Of a DNA stretch of 64,000 bases, positions 1 to 9,354 are shown piece by piece. Numbering within the stretch: position 1 is the first letter of the stretch; every line of letters starts with the position of its first letter. The translations under genes and the position numbers were made by a program. Source of the stretch: an uncultured delta proteobacterium (GTDB lineage: Bacteria > Desulfobacterota > Desulfobacteria > Desulfobacterales > SG8-13); NCBI GenBank assembly GCA_963792945.1, contig CAWBYM010000019.1, positions 66,158 through 130,157 on the forward strand. The letters run 5' to 3'. The notes under the pieces are model-generated. The model saw only the letters and a list, made by a program, of their open reading frames with translations, ran no database searches and was not told the origin of the DNA.

Positions 1-1770
1 TTTACCCCCGAAAATCACCGTACGAGGGACGGGATTCTCGTTTGTCCCGGCCTTCAGGCGATTGTAGAGGGTGATCACATGCAGGACGTTCAATAGTTGG
101 CGCTTGTACTCATGGATCCGTTTGACCTGAACGTCGAAGAGCGAATCCGCTGCAACCGGCAGGCTGATTTTGCGCTGAATGTAGCGGACAAGCAGTTCTT
201 TGTTGATTCTTTTCACTTCCATCCATTGCGTCATAAACGATCCATCTTCGGTCAGCGCCTCCAGTTCGCGCAGCCGGTCTAAATCATTGGGCCAGGAGTC
301 GCCGATGCGAGAGGTGATGAGGTCCGCCAGAGACGGATTGGCCTGTAGAAGCCATCGGCGGGGGGTGACGCCGTTGGTGATATTTAGGAACTTCCCGGGA
401 TAGTATGCGTCGAAGTCCTTGAACAATCGTTCCCTGATGATGCGGGAGTGGAGCTCGGAAACCCCGTTGACCGAGTGGCTGCCGACAATGGCCAGGTGAG
501 CCATCCGAATCGTTTTATCCTTGATGATGGCCATCCGCGCCAGGAGTTGATCATCTCCGGGGTGTCGGGTGGCGATCTCGGCGGTGAAACGGCGGTCGAT
601 TTCGTTGATGATCGCCAGATGCCGCGGCAGGACCTGGTTCAAGAGGTCAACCGGCCAGGTTTCCAAAGCTTCCGGCAGGACGGTATGGTTCGTATAGGCA
701 AAACACCGGGTGCCGATTTTCCAGGCCGAATCCCAGTCCAATCCCTCCTCGTCCAGCAGGATTCTCATCAACTCGGGAATTCCGATGCAAGGATGGGTAT
801 CGTTGAGCTGGATGGCGACGGCTTCCGGAAGTTCGGTGAAATCCGTATGAAAACGCTTGAAACGCCGAATGATGTCTTGAAAGGTGGCCGACACCAAAAA
901 ATACTGCTGTTTGAGCCGCAACTCCTTTCCGGCGAAACTTTCATCACGCGGATAGAGGACTTTCGATATGGACTCGCTGAGGACCTTCGCCTCCACCGCA
1001 CCGATGTAGTCTCCTTCATTGAATTCCTGGAGGTCGAACTCCCGGCTGGACATCGCCTGCCATACACGCATGTTGTTGGTATTGCGGTTGTTGTGACCGG
1101 GAATCAGGAAATCGCAGGCCATGGCCATGACGTTGCCGGTATCGACCCAGCGGTAGCGCGTCGTTCCATTCTCGTCAGTGTATGATTCGGTCCGCCCATA
1201 GAACTGAACCTTGTACAAGTAGCCTGGACGTTTGATTTCCCAGGGGCTGCCGGTTCTGATCCAGCTGTCGGCTCTCTCGACTTGAAACCCGTCGATAATT
1301 TCCTGGTAGAATATCCCGTAGTCGTAGCGGATGCCGCAGCCGTAACCGGGTATTCCCAGAGTGGCCATGGAATCGAGAAAGCACGAGGCCAGGCGACCGA
1401 GGCCCCCGTTGCCCAGACCCGGGTCCCATTCTTCTTCTTCTATTTCTTCCAGTTTCATGCCGACACTATCAAGGGTGCTCCGGCAGACGCCCTCCAGGTC
1501 CAGTTTCAGAATGTTGTTCATCAGAAAACGACCGGGTAAAAATTCCATGGAGAGGTAGTAGACCCGCTTGGCACGCTGATCGTTGACTTTCCGTTGGGTT
1601 TTCAGCCATTGTTCGATGAGCCGGTCCCGAATGCTCAAGGATAAGCCGTAATAGTAGGTGTCCTTGCGGGGAGGCTTGAAGTCGTTTCCAAGATAAGACA
1701 TAATATGATGCTGGATATCTTCGATCAAGTGTTCAGGCTGTTCGTTGGCGGGTGGCTTATCGGCGTGCAT
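1..1770 (-). CDS. glgP: glycogen/alpha-glucan phosphorylase (GT35); C-terminus runs off the window start
   Basis: Absent from the ORF track because it is open at the window edge. Reverse translation from ATG at 1770 gives MHADKPPANEQPEHLIEDIQHHIMSYLGNDFKPPRKDTYYYGLSLSIRDRLIEQW...EEEWDPGLGNGGLGRLASCFLDSMATLGIPGYGCGIRYDYGIFYQEI, the hallmark phosphorylase motifs. AGGAGG lies 4 nt upstream of the ATG. The + strand ORFs in this span are antisense shadows. Confidence 0.9.
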   Translation of the reverse strand, partial: MHADKPPANEQPEHLIEDIQHHIMSYLGNDFKPPRKDTYYYGLSLSIRDRLIEQWLKTQRKVNDQRAKRVYYLSMEFLPGRFLMNNILKLDLEGVCRSTLDSVGMKLEEIEEEEWDPGLGNGGLGRLASCFLDSMATLGIPGYGCGIRYDYGIFYQEIIDGFQVERADSWIRTGSPWEIKRPGYLYKVQFYGRTESYTDENGTTRYRWVDTGNVMAMACDFLIPGHNNRNTNNMRVWQAMSSREFDLQEFNEGDYIGAVEAKVLSESISKVLYPRDESFAGKELRLKQQYFLVSATFQDIIRRFKRFHTDFTELPEAVAIQLNDTHPCIGIPELMRILLDEEGLDWDSAWKIGTRCFAYTNHTVLPEALETWPVDLLNQVLPRHLAIINEIDRRFTAEIATRHPGDDQLLARMAIIKDKTIRMAHLAIVGSHSVNGVSELHSRIIRERLFKDFDAYYPGKFLNITNGVTPRRWLLQANPSLADLITSRIGDSWPNDLDRLRELEALTEDGSFMTQWMEVKRINKELLVRYIQRKISLPVAADSLFDVQVKRIHEYKRQLLNVLHVITLYNRLKAGTNENPVPRTVIFGGK

Positions 1771-1933
1771 GGGGCCTCCTGAGGGATGCGGTGGTGGGTT
1801 GGATCGGCCCTGACACCCGGAATCGCATCGCTGTATGAATCAATCGATGATGCCGGGGGTACCGGTTGGCCGGGATCATATCGACCAGGGGCGCCAAAAG
1901 CAACAAAAATAGAATTCGCTATCTTGGTTACGG

Positions 1934-1943
1934 CCCCCCCCCC
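1934..1943. repeat. C10 homopolymer tract in the glgP / flavin-reductase divergent intergenic region
   Basis: Read directly: cggCCCCCCCCCCgagc, ten consecutive C at 1934-1943. Confidence 0.9.
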
Positions 1944-2122
1944 GAGCGTTACCGCCTCAGAATGCCCGGCCAAGGCCGCATCCGCTGCTGTGGGTATGGC
2001 CGTCTTCAGGTTTGGATTTGTCGCTTTACGGACAAGCAATTATCGGGTAAGTGTGATCGATCAGGTTCGGTAGTGAGATCGGCTTCACACATTCTGAAAC
2101 GGTTACACAAGGAAGGTGTCGC

Positions 2123-2596
2123 ATGAATACAGAATGGTTGCGCGCATTTGGAACGATGACCTACGGCATTTACATTTTGACGACGGCTCTTGAAAGCCGG
2201 ATTAACGGCATGGTCGCCTCCTGGGTCTCCCAGGTTTCTTATGAGCCGCCGTTGATTGCCGTGGCGGTTCACAAAAACCGTTATTCCCATCAGCTCATCA
2301 AAGAGAGCGGCCGTTTTGCCATGCACGTGCTGAGCCACAACCAAAGGGACCTCGTCCAAAAATTCATGGGAACGGATCCTGAATCCAAGTTCTCCGGGAC
2401 AAACTGGCAACCCGGGGTAACGGGCTGTCCGATTTTGCCCGATTGCATCGCCGGCTTCGAGTGCGAAGTCGAAACGACCATCGAACCCGGCAATCACACC
2501 GTGTTTATCGGCCAGGTGGTCAGCGCCTCGACCGGCCTCGGTTCCGATGCGCTAACGACACTCGATTTTCGCGGGCAGTATATCGGCAAGATGTAA
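2123..2596 (+). CDS. flavin reductase-like (FMN-binding split-barrel) domain protein
   Basis: 157 aa. The sequence YGIYILTTALESRINGMVASWVSQVSYEPPLIAVAVHKNRYSHQLIKESGRFAMHVL is typical of flavin reductase domain proteins. Confidence 0.8.
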   Translation: MNTEWLRAFGTMTYGIYILTTALESRINGMVASWVSQVSYEPPLIAVAVHKNRYSHQLIKESGRFAMHVLSHNQRDLVQKFMGTDPESKFSGTNWQPGVTGCPILPDCIAGFECEVETTIEPGNHTVFIGQVVSASTGLGSDALTTLDFRGQYIGKM

Positions 2597-2704
2597 CCCT
2601 GAGCTTTTCGTTGCGGCGGCCGGCTCAAACCGTGAAGAAAAGGTCCACAGTTGCCGGTTTGCCGGCGAATCGTAGGGGTAAGCCGCTCCATTTTTTTACC
2701 ACTG

Positions 2705-3691
2705 TCAGTGGACACCACCGAAGTGTTTCATGAACTGCATGCGTTCATAGGCGGCCGGATTGCTGCTCTTTGCCTGACTCATTCGGCCTCTGAAATCGTT
2801 CAGGCTGCCGAAACCTTTTTGTTCCATCCACCCCTCCAGTGTTTCGAGCATCTTTCCAATCTGTCCCTTGCCGTTTTGATAGAGTGTGGACGCCACCTGG
2901 ACCGCATTGGCACCGGCCAGAATCTGTTTGATGAGCGCTATGCCGTCGTGAACGCCCGTCGATGCCGCCAGGTCGCACTCGACCCGTTGGGCCATGATGG
3001 CGATCCAGCGCAAAGAAATCGACAAGTCCGACGGTTTGCTGAAAACATTTGAGGATATGACCTCAAACTTATCGATATCGAAATCCGGGCTGTAGAAACG
3101 GTTGAACAAGACCAGTCCCGCGATTCCGGTACCGGATAACTGCTGGATCATCGGTCCCAGATTTGAAAAGTAGGGGCTTATTTTCAACGCAATCGGTATG
3201 GAAATTTCCTTCAGAACTTTATTGATTATCTGGAAATAGGCCTGATCTTTTTCTTCCGTCGTGCGGTCGAAATCCGACGGTAAAAAAAACATGTTCAATT
3301 CCAAGGCATCGGCCCCGGCATCCTGCAGCTGTTTGGCGAACGACGTCCATTCATGTGAAAAAACGCAGTTAATACTGGCGATGACGGGAATGGAAACTTC
3401 CTTTTTGCTTCCCGTGATCAAATCGGTGTATTTCTTGATCCGGTTGCTTTTCAGGTCGAGGTCGAAGTAGTCAAATTGATCGAGGTTGACGCCTTCGTCA
3501 CTGGCTTCCCTCAGGATATCTTCGTATTCGAGCATGATTTCTTCTTCAAAAATGGATTTCAAAACCACGGCGGCGGCACCGTTTTCTTCGAGTTCCACCA
3601 CCCCTTTCACCGTTCCGCTTAGCCCCGAGCTTCCGGCAATAATCGGATTCTTCAGATTCAAGCCAATGTATTCGGTCGTTAAATCAGCCAT
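2705..3691 (-). CDS. dihydroorotate dehydrogenase-like (class 1 PyrD family TIM-barrel) protein
   Basis: 328 aa. It has LKNPIIAGSSGLSG at the N-terminus, then IPVIASIN, ADALELNMF, IPIALKISPYF and the AGANAVQVASTLY glycine/alanine-rich FMN-binding end. Confidence 0.75.
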   Translation of the reverse strand: MADLTTEYIGLNLKNPIIAGSSGLSGTVKGVVELEENGAAAVVLKSIFEEEIMLEYEDILREASDEGVNLDQFDYFDLDLKSNRIKKYTDLITGSKKEVSIPVIASINCVFSHEWTSFAKQLQDAGADALELNMFFLPSDFDRTTEEKDQAYFQIINKVLKEISIPIALKISPYFSNLGPMIQQLSGTGIAGLVLFNRFYSPDFDIDKFEVISSNVFSKPSDLSISLRWIAIMAQRVECDLAASTGVHDGIALIKQILAGANAVQVASTLYQNGKGQIGKMLETLEGWMEQKGFGSLNDFRGRMSQAKSSNPAAYERMQFMKHFGGVH

Positions 3692-3787
3692 TTCGTTTTT
3701 TCCTTTCCCGGGCTGTTAAGGTTGCTGAAGGGTTTCTTCCTCCCTGCATATAATTGGGAATCAACAGTAGAATTGTCAACCACAAAC

Positions 3788-4732
3788 TCAGGCGGATTTA
3801 TTTTGGTTTGCTTTGGCAATGACGCTTGTCGCCGTTGCAATCAATCCGGAAAGATCGGTCATGGACTGCGGAATGATCATTGTATTGTTGGTTTTTGCCA
3901 GGTTGCCGAATTCCTTGATGTACTGTTCGGCCACCCTCAGATTGACAGCCTCGGTCCCTCCAGGCAGGTTGATGGCTTCGGCAACTATCTGGATTCCCTT
4001 CGCCGTCGCCTGGGTTACCAGCAATATTTCCCTGGCCCGACCTTCGGCTTCGTTGATGCGGCGCTGCTTTTCGCCTTCCGATTTCATGATCGCTTCCTGT
4101 TTTTCCCCATCGGCCACGTTTATTTTGGCCTGCCGGTCGCCTTCCGACTCGGCTATGGCCGCGCGTTTCTCTCTTTCCGCCCGCATCTGTTTTTCAAGGG
4201 CGTCGGTGACGCTCCGCGGCGGAGTGATGTTTTTGATCTCGTAGCGGGTAATTTTGACACCCCAGGGATCCGAGGCCTTGTCGACGGCCTGGATAATAGC
4301 GGCATTGATGGCCTCCCTTTCCTCAAAAGTGCGGTCCAGTTCGAGTTTTCCGATTTCAGAACGCATGGTGGTCTGGGCCAGCTGGGACGATGCGAATAAA
4401 AAATTGTCGATGCCGTAGCTGGCTTTCACTGGGTCGATAACCTGCAGGTAGAGCACACCGTCCACCTCGACGGCGATATTGTCTCTGGTGATGCAGGTCT
4501 GTGACGGCACATCGACGGCGAACTCCTTGAGGGAATGCTTGTAAGCCACGTTATCGAGGAATGGCACCAGGATGTGGAAGCCGGCATCCAGGGTATTGGA
4601 ATACTTGCCCAGACGCTCGACGATGAAGGCCGATTTTTGAGGCACGATTCTGGCGGTCTTCAACAGTGCGATGACCACAAGAATAACGAGGCCGACAGCC
4701 ACGACCAGGCCGAAACTGATTTCAAAATCCAT
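3788..4732 (-). CDS. SPFH/band-7 (stomatin/paraslipin-like) membrane protein
   Basis: 314 aa with an N-terminal TM helix, then IVPQKSAFIVERLGKYSNTLDAGFHILVPFLD and an EAEGRAREIL coiled-coil region. It sits immediately downstream of an NfeD gene, the classic pair. Confidence 0.9.
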   Translation of the reverse strand: MDFEISFGLVVAVGLVILVVIALLKTARIVPQKSAFIVERLGKYSNTLDAGFHILVPFLDNVAYKHSLKEFAVDVPSQTCITRDNIAVEVDGVLYLQVIDPVKASYGIDNFLFASSQLAQTTMRSEIGKLELDRTFEEREAINAAIIQAVDKASDPWGVKITRYEIKNITPPRSVTDALEKQMRAEREKRAAIAESEGDRQAKINVADGEKQEAIMKSEGEKQRRINEAEGRAREILLVTQATAKGIQIVAEAINLPGGTEAVNLRVAEQYIKEFGNLAKTNNTMIIPQSMTDLSGLIATATSVIAKANQNKSA

Positions 4733-4734
4733 TC

Positions 4735-5208
4735 TCAGCGTTCCTCCTCTTTCCTTCGTATCTTGAGTGTCAGCCCATCCAATTTCGACACCGTGGCGAT
4801 TTCACCGGCCTTAATCGGCTCGTCGGAAACCGCGTTCCAGGTGGCCCCCTTGAGCTCCGCCTGGCCTCCCGTCTGACCGGGCATGACATCCCGCAATACC
4901 AGAACCTCTTTACCGGTGAATTCATCCAGGTTCACACTGAGGTCCTGATTTCGGCTCACATGGCCGTGGAATTTGTCCTTTAGCCACCGACGCAGAGCGA
5001 AAAGCAGCAGAATCGAGGCGATGCAGAAAAGGAGCAGTTGGGATTGTAAAGTGGGAGTCCATTCGAGGTATACCGCCGCACTGACGACCCAGGCTCCGGC
5101 GCCGAAAAATATGATAATCAGGCCGGGCATGGCGAATTCCACCAGTATCAATATCAACCCGGCGATAAACCATAGGATTGCCGCGAAGTTGGCCGAGGGG
5201 AAGTCCAA
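4735..5208 (-). CDS. NfeD-family membrane protein (partner of the SPFH protein)
   Basis: Hydrophobic N-terminal half (ILWFIAGLILILVEFAMPGLIIIFFGAGAWVV) and a C-terminal OB-like NfeD domain (GKEVLVLRDVMPGQTGGQAELKGATWNAVSDEPIKAGEIATV). I place the start at TTG 5208, preceded by AAGGAG with 6-nt spacing, rather than the GTG at 5274 used by the track. Confidence 0.8.
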   Translation of the reverse strand: MDFPSANFAAILWFIAGLILILVEFAMPGLIIIFFGAGAWVVSAAVYLEWTPTLQSQLLLFCIASILLLFALRRWLKDKFHGHVSRNQDLSVNLDEFTGKEVLVLRDVMPGQTGGQAELKGATWNAVSDEPIKAGEIATVSKLDGLTLKIRRKEEER

Positions 5209-5254
5209 ATAGTACTCCTTTCTCCACGTTATCCCAATTATATAGGTGGGGTTG

Positions 5255-5629
5255 CTACCTGGGGGGTTTAGCACATTTTTCTTGTTTGTGGAATCGATTC
5301 AGGAGGTCTTGCAATTCAACATATGCAGGAGGGCGATGAAGGAGAACGGGTTCAATCCCATTATCCAGATCCGGCATCGTGGATTCGCTGATTGAACTCG
5401 CGGCCATTCTGGCTGGTGTGGCTGAATAGTCGTTGACCCCCATATCCTGGGAGTGCAGCCGGGCCGCGACAGTCAATTCATCACTGTAAGAGAGGGGATG
5501 GAGGTTGACAGACGCCCGATGCGTATTGACCAGGCCGATAACCTCCGACTCGAAGTCAGCAATGGCCGAAAAGGGGGATAAAAACAACAAAGAGAAGATG
5601 ATTACGGCGGTCGTGCGTTTACAAGTCAT
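5255..5629 (-). pseudogene. CAP/SCP (YkwD-like) domain secreted protein, frameshifted and decayed
   Basis: Signal peptide plus LVNTHRASVNLHPLSYSDELTVAARLHSQDMGVNDY matches the CAP-domain start. The expected continuation (F)SHTSQNGREFNQRIHDAGSG is in another frame from about 5427 (TATTC where TATTTC is expected) and soon hits a stop. The C-terminal half of the domain is barely recognisable. Confidence 0.45.
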
Positions 5630-5947
5630 GGTATGTTCCCGGATTGCAAGTCGTTTTAAAACCGATCGATTCGAATGGGATCGACACAGGATGTAATTTT
5701 ATCACGGATCGATCCGGCACACAAAATTCGGCCTCTATGCGGAAGGGCCACGTTCCGCTTGCGGGTTTATCCGGTTCTCCAGCCAGGACAAACAGATTGG
5801 AAAAAACAGTCGAAATATGCTAAAAATAAGGTTCGGCGTCTCTGAGAACCCGCTTCGATACGACCGAATGCGATGGTTCAATCTGAGGCAGGCGGTGAAT
5901 ATGGATCTGTTCAGTGGTGCGGGTGAAACCAACCGGAGACACTGCGA

Positions 5948-6196
5948 ATGAGCGACGGGGACGAGCCGGTTAATAAAGTTAATTCAGTAGGATATAAAGG
6001 GCCGGAAAGAAGGTCGAACCGGGTGTGGGACAGAAGAATCCCCCACATGCCGATGGGTATGGGGCTCTTCTTGCGGTTCATGTACAAGACGCCCAGAAGG
6101 TTCTGGATCCTGTTTGTTCTGGCGTGCATTGGTTGGATCTGGATGATCGCACATATTTCCATCATTCTTTATGTCAAATTCTTCAACCCCTCCTGA
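5948..6196 (+). CDS. hypothetical small membrane protein (82 aa)
   Basis: GGAGA lies 8 nt upstream of the ATG. Basic N-terminal part (GPERRSNRVWDRRIPH) followed by one clear TM helix (FWILFVLACIGWIWMIAHISIILYV). No family recognised. Confidence 0.3.
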   Translation: MSDGDEPVNKVNSVGYKGPERRSNRVWDRRIPHMPMGMGLFLRFMYKTPRRFWILFVLACIGWIWMIAHISIILYVKFFNPS

Positions 6197-6468
6197 TCAA
6201 CGAGCGTACCCCATCCGTTGTGTATAAACACGGCACATCCCTCTCCACACATTCCCCTTCAGCCGCAGCTGTTGGGCCACATCCCTCAGCGGCATGGGTC
6301 ATATGGCTCAGCCAACGGCGAATCCCTATTCTGCAGACACGCCCATAAATGTTTCAACCAATTGAAAATATTTAGTTAATCGTCAATGATGAGAGCTGGC
6401 ACATCTCTTGTAATGGATAAGCGGCGGTTATATTTGCAACCAACGACATATTCTTTCAGGAGGATCCC

Positions 6469-6741
6469 TTGCAAACAGAATTGAAAAAAGTTTTGATTCG
6501 AAAAATTAATCAGATGGACTGTCTCGACCGCATGGAACTTCTGAACAAATACACCGCCTACACTGAAAATATTTATTGTAACCTGCCAAAGGAGCGCATC
6601 AGCGGGATAATCGGCAAAATTCTGCAGTTTAAATTCGACAAGCAAGCAATGATAGAGGGTCTGTGTGCCGGAGAGCCGATTGTCGACCGGCCCGGATATC
6701 GTCTGGCAGACTTTCTGATCGCGGAACTGGAATGGATATAG
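6469..6741 (+). CDS. hypothetical protein (90 aa) in an AT-rich patch
   Basis: AGGAGG lies 6 nt upstream of a TTG start. No recognisable domain. Local composition is lower in GC than the flanks. Confidence 0.35.
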   Translation: MQTELKKVLIRKINQMDCLDRMELLNKYTAYTENIYCNLPKERISGIIGKILQFKFDKQAMIEGLCAGEPIVDRPGYRLADFLIAELEWI

Positions 6742-6898
6742 AAATTATCTCAAAATTAGGATTTTGGTCCAAGGTCAAGGCGAAGCCGAGTCGCAACCCG
6801 CGGGCATACTGAAGAATGTCGAGGACTGGAAACGAGGAGCCAACGCGGAGATTGGGGGGAAAACTTATTTGAGATCGCTTCTAATCGTCAAGAGGGTG

Positions 6899-8356
6899 TC
6901 AGGCGGATAAGGACGCGAGCAGCCGAACAAGAAACACCCACACTTTTTCAATGGATGGCACAAACAGCCTCTCGCCCGGTGAATGCGGGAAGCGGATGGT
7001 CGGTCCGAAGGATATCATGTCCATTCCGCTTTTTTTGGCACCGATAAGGCCGCATTCCAGGCCGGCATGGATCGCAATGACTCGCGGATCTGTTCCGAAT
7101 TGATCTTTATAGACGCTCCGGCAACGTTTGAGCAGCGGCGATGACATGTCCGGCTCCCAAGCCGGGTAGCTGTTTTGATTCTCTGCCGTTGCCCCGGCCA
7201 ACTCTGCGATCGACTCGATACCGGCAGTGAGTTCGGCGAGTCGCGACATGACCGCACTGCGTTGACTAGACAATAGGGTCAGGAAATTGTTCGAAGGGGT
7301 ATAGTCGATCGTTGCCAGATTGGCCGATGTTTCCACCAGATTGGCCACATCGGCCGACATGCGGGCCACACCGTGGGGCAAAGCGAGCAGAAGGCGGATG
7401 GCTTTGCGGGTGTCGGCCACCGTCATCGCCAAAGGGTTTTCCGGAGGGGCATCCAGCGGTTCGAGCATTAAATCGAGGGCCGGTTCATGGGGGCCGTATT
7501 CATTGTTGAATGTGTCCCTGCAGGTATCGATCACTCGGCGGAGGGTGTCCCCTTCCTTCGGTTTCGCGATTAATCTGCAAACGGCGTCACGGGCGATGGC
7601 ATTGTGAACCGTCCCGCCTTTCAATGAGACGATCTGAATTTCAGACGAGACGGGTATCGCGGCCAGAGTCCGGCTTATCAGTTTATTGGCACTGGCTCGC
7701 GGTTTATTGATATCGATACCCGAATGGCCTCCCTTTAGTCCCTTGACCGCCAGATCATAGAGCCCGCACCTGGCCGGCCACGCCTCCGGTTCTACTGCGA
7801 GGCGGATGCGGGTTTCCTGCCCTCCGGCACATCCGACCGTGAAAACGCCTTCGTCTTCGGAATCCAGATTCAGCAGAACCTTACCTTCGATCAGTGCGGG
7901 ATCGAGGTCCCTGGCCCCGATCAACCCCGACTCCTCATCTACGGTGAACAGCAGCTCAAGGGGGCCATGAGTGCATGAAGAATCTTCGGCTAGCGCCATA
8001 GCCAGAGCCAGGGCAATGCCGTTGTCGGCCCCCAATGTCGTTTCCTCGGCGGTTACCCAATCGCCGTCGTGGACCAGGCGGATCGAATCTTTGTTAAAGT
8101 CGTGGCCCGAAGCCGGAGTTTTTTCACAAACCATATCCATGTGCCCCTGGATAACCACGCCCGGTCGTGTCTCATACCCTTTGGTGGCGGGCACCTTGAT
8201 GCACAGGTTCCCGGCGGTATCGCGGTCAGCCGCGTAATTCCATTTGGTCGCCCAATCGCTGAGCCATGCGGCAATCTGTCCTTCCCGTTTCGAGCAGCGC
8301 GGAATGCGGTTGATGTCGGTGAATCGGTCTAAAACCTTGCGGGTTAAATCGTCCAT
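6899..8356 (-). CDS. pepD: aminoacyl-histidine dipeptidase (Xaa-His dipeptidase, peptidase M20C)
   Basis: The sequences FTDINRIPRCSKREGQIAAWLSDWA, VVIQGHMDMVCEK, GADNGIALALAMA and LLFTVDEESGLIGA are PepD signatures. The ATG at 8356 (MDDLTRKVLDRF) has AGGAG upstream and gives a typical 485-aa length. The track start at 8440 is an upstream extension. Confidence 0.9.
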   Translation of the reverse strand: MDDLTRKVLDRFTDINRIPRCSKREGQIAAWLSDWATKWNYAADRDTAGNLCIKVPATKGYETRPGVVIQGHMDMVCEKTPASGHDFNKDSIRLVHDGDWVTAEETTLGADNGIALALAMALAEDSSCTHGPLELLFTVDEESGLIGARDLDPALIEGKVLLNLDSEDEGVFTVGCAGGQETRIRLAVEPEAWPARCGLYDLAVKGLKGGHSGIDINKPRASANKLISRTLAAIPVSSEIQIVSLKGGTVHNAIARDAVCRLIAKPKEGDTLRRVIDTCRDTFNNEYGPHEPALDLMLEPLDAPPENPLAMTVADTRKAIRLLLALPHGVARMSADVANLVETSANLATIDYTPSNNFLTLLSSQRSAVMSRLAELTAGIESIAELAGATAENQNSYPAWEPDMSSPLLKRCRSVYKDQFGTDPRVIAIHAGLECGLIGAKKSGMDMISFGPTIRFPHSPGERLFVPSIEKVWVFLVRLLASLSA

Positions 8357-8482
8357 AACGCTCCTGTTTTGTTTACGCAAATGGCCATTGGCGGCCACAT
8401 TTTCCTGCGACGGGCCATCAACCATGCGCCCTCGTTCCAACCAATCGGCCCACCGGCAGAATGAATGCCGCCGGGTTCTGAA

Positions 8483-9274
8483 TCAGCAGTACCATTCACC
8501 GAATGCCGCCAGGGCCGGCTCCCTGATTTGCGGCTCATCGTAGCTCATGAAATGGCCGCTCCATTCATGAGGCGCATGCAGTACCATCCAGGCAATCGAT
8601 CGCGCCGGAACTTCGGCCGGTTCCAGTCGGCCGTCGGTTTTTAGATTCACATAATAGTCCGCTTGTTCCGACGGCATTTTTTGAGGGCCTAGTTCACGGA
8701 GCATAACCTGCATGCCGGTGTCCACCACGCCGGGGCGCACCGCAACGGCGGTGAGTTCCGGTTCTTCGGCCGCCAGGACCCGAGTGAACTGATTCAAGCC
8801 CGCCTTGGCGGCGCAGTATGCGCTGGCAGCCGCGATGACGTGATGCGCGGCGCCGCTACTGACGTTGATGATGCGCCCCCGGCTTCGTCGCAGGGCCGTT
8901 ATGGCTGCCATGCTCAGGTAGACCGGGCCGAGCAGGTTGACCGCGGTATTGTAGTGCCAGTCTTCGGCCTGCGAAAGGGCCACGGTTTCCAGTGGCGGCA
9001 GAATGCCGGCATTGTTTACGAGTCCGGTAAGGCCCCCAAACCTGTCGGTGGTTTTTTCCACTATGCCGCGACAGGCATCCGGGTCCGAGACATCGGCTGC
9101 AATCACAAGTGGGGTCCCGCCTCGATCTCGAACTGCGGAAGCGGTCTTCTCGAGGGCGGATTCCGTCCGAGAGACCAGGGTTAATTTTGCGTTCCTGATG
9201 CCGAGCCAACAGGCCACTGCGGCTCCGACACCACGAGACGCACCGGTGACGATGACGATCGGCTTGTGGTTCAT
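8483..9274 (-). CDS. SDR-family oxidoreductase
   Basis: TGASRGVG cofactor motif, NNAG, and YCAAK catalytic Y-x3-K; 263 aa. Confidence 0.85.
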   Translation of the reverse strand: MNHKPIVIVTGASRGVGAAVACWLGIRNAKLTLVSRTESALEKTASAVRDRGGTPLVIAADVSDPDACRGIVEKTTDRFGGLTGLVNNAGILPPLETVALSQAEDWHYNTAVNLLGPVYLSMAAITALRRSRGRIINVSSGAAHHVIAAASAYCAAKAGLNQFTRVLAAEEPELTAVAVRPGVVDTGMQVMLRELGPQKMPSEQADYYVNLKTDGRLEPAEVPARSIAWMVLHAPHEWSGHFMSYDEPQIREPALAAFGEWYC

Positions 9275-9354
9275 CTCTTGTTCCTTTGGGGGTCGGGTGC
9301 CGCTATGTCATTTCGTTGGGATGAGAAATCGGGCGGGGAAAGCCCTCCGACCTG

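Noticed and set aside
448-1185. 245-aa + strand ORF (and neighbours 768..1067, 1282..1539) near the window start
   Set aside because: It lies entirely inside, and antisense to or out of frame with, the clearly recognisable glycogen phosphorylase gene on the minus strand. The translation is low-complexity and Arg/Gly/Val-rich, typical of GC-rich shadow ORFs.
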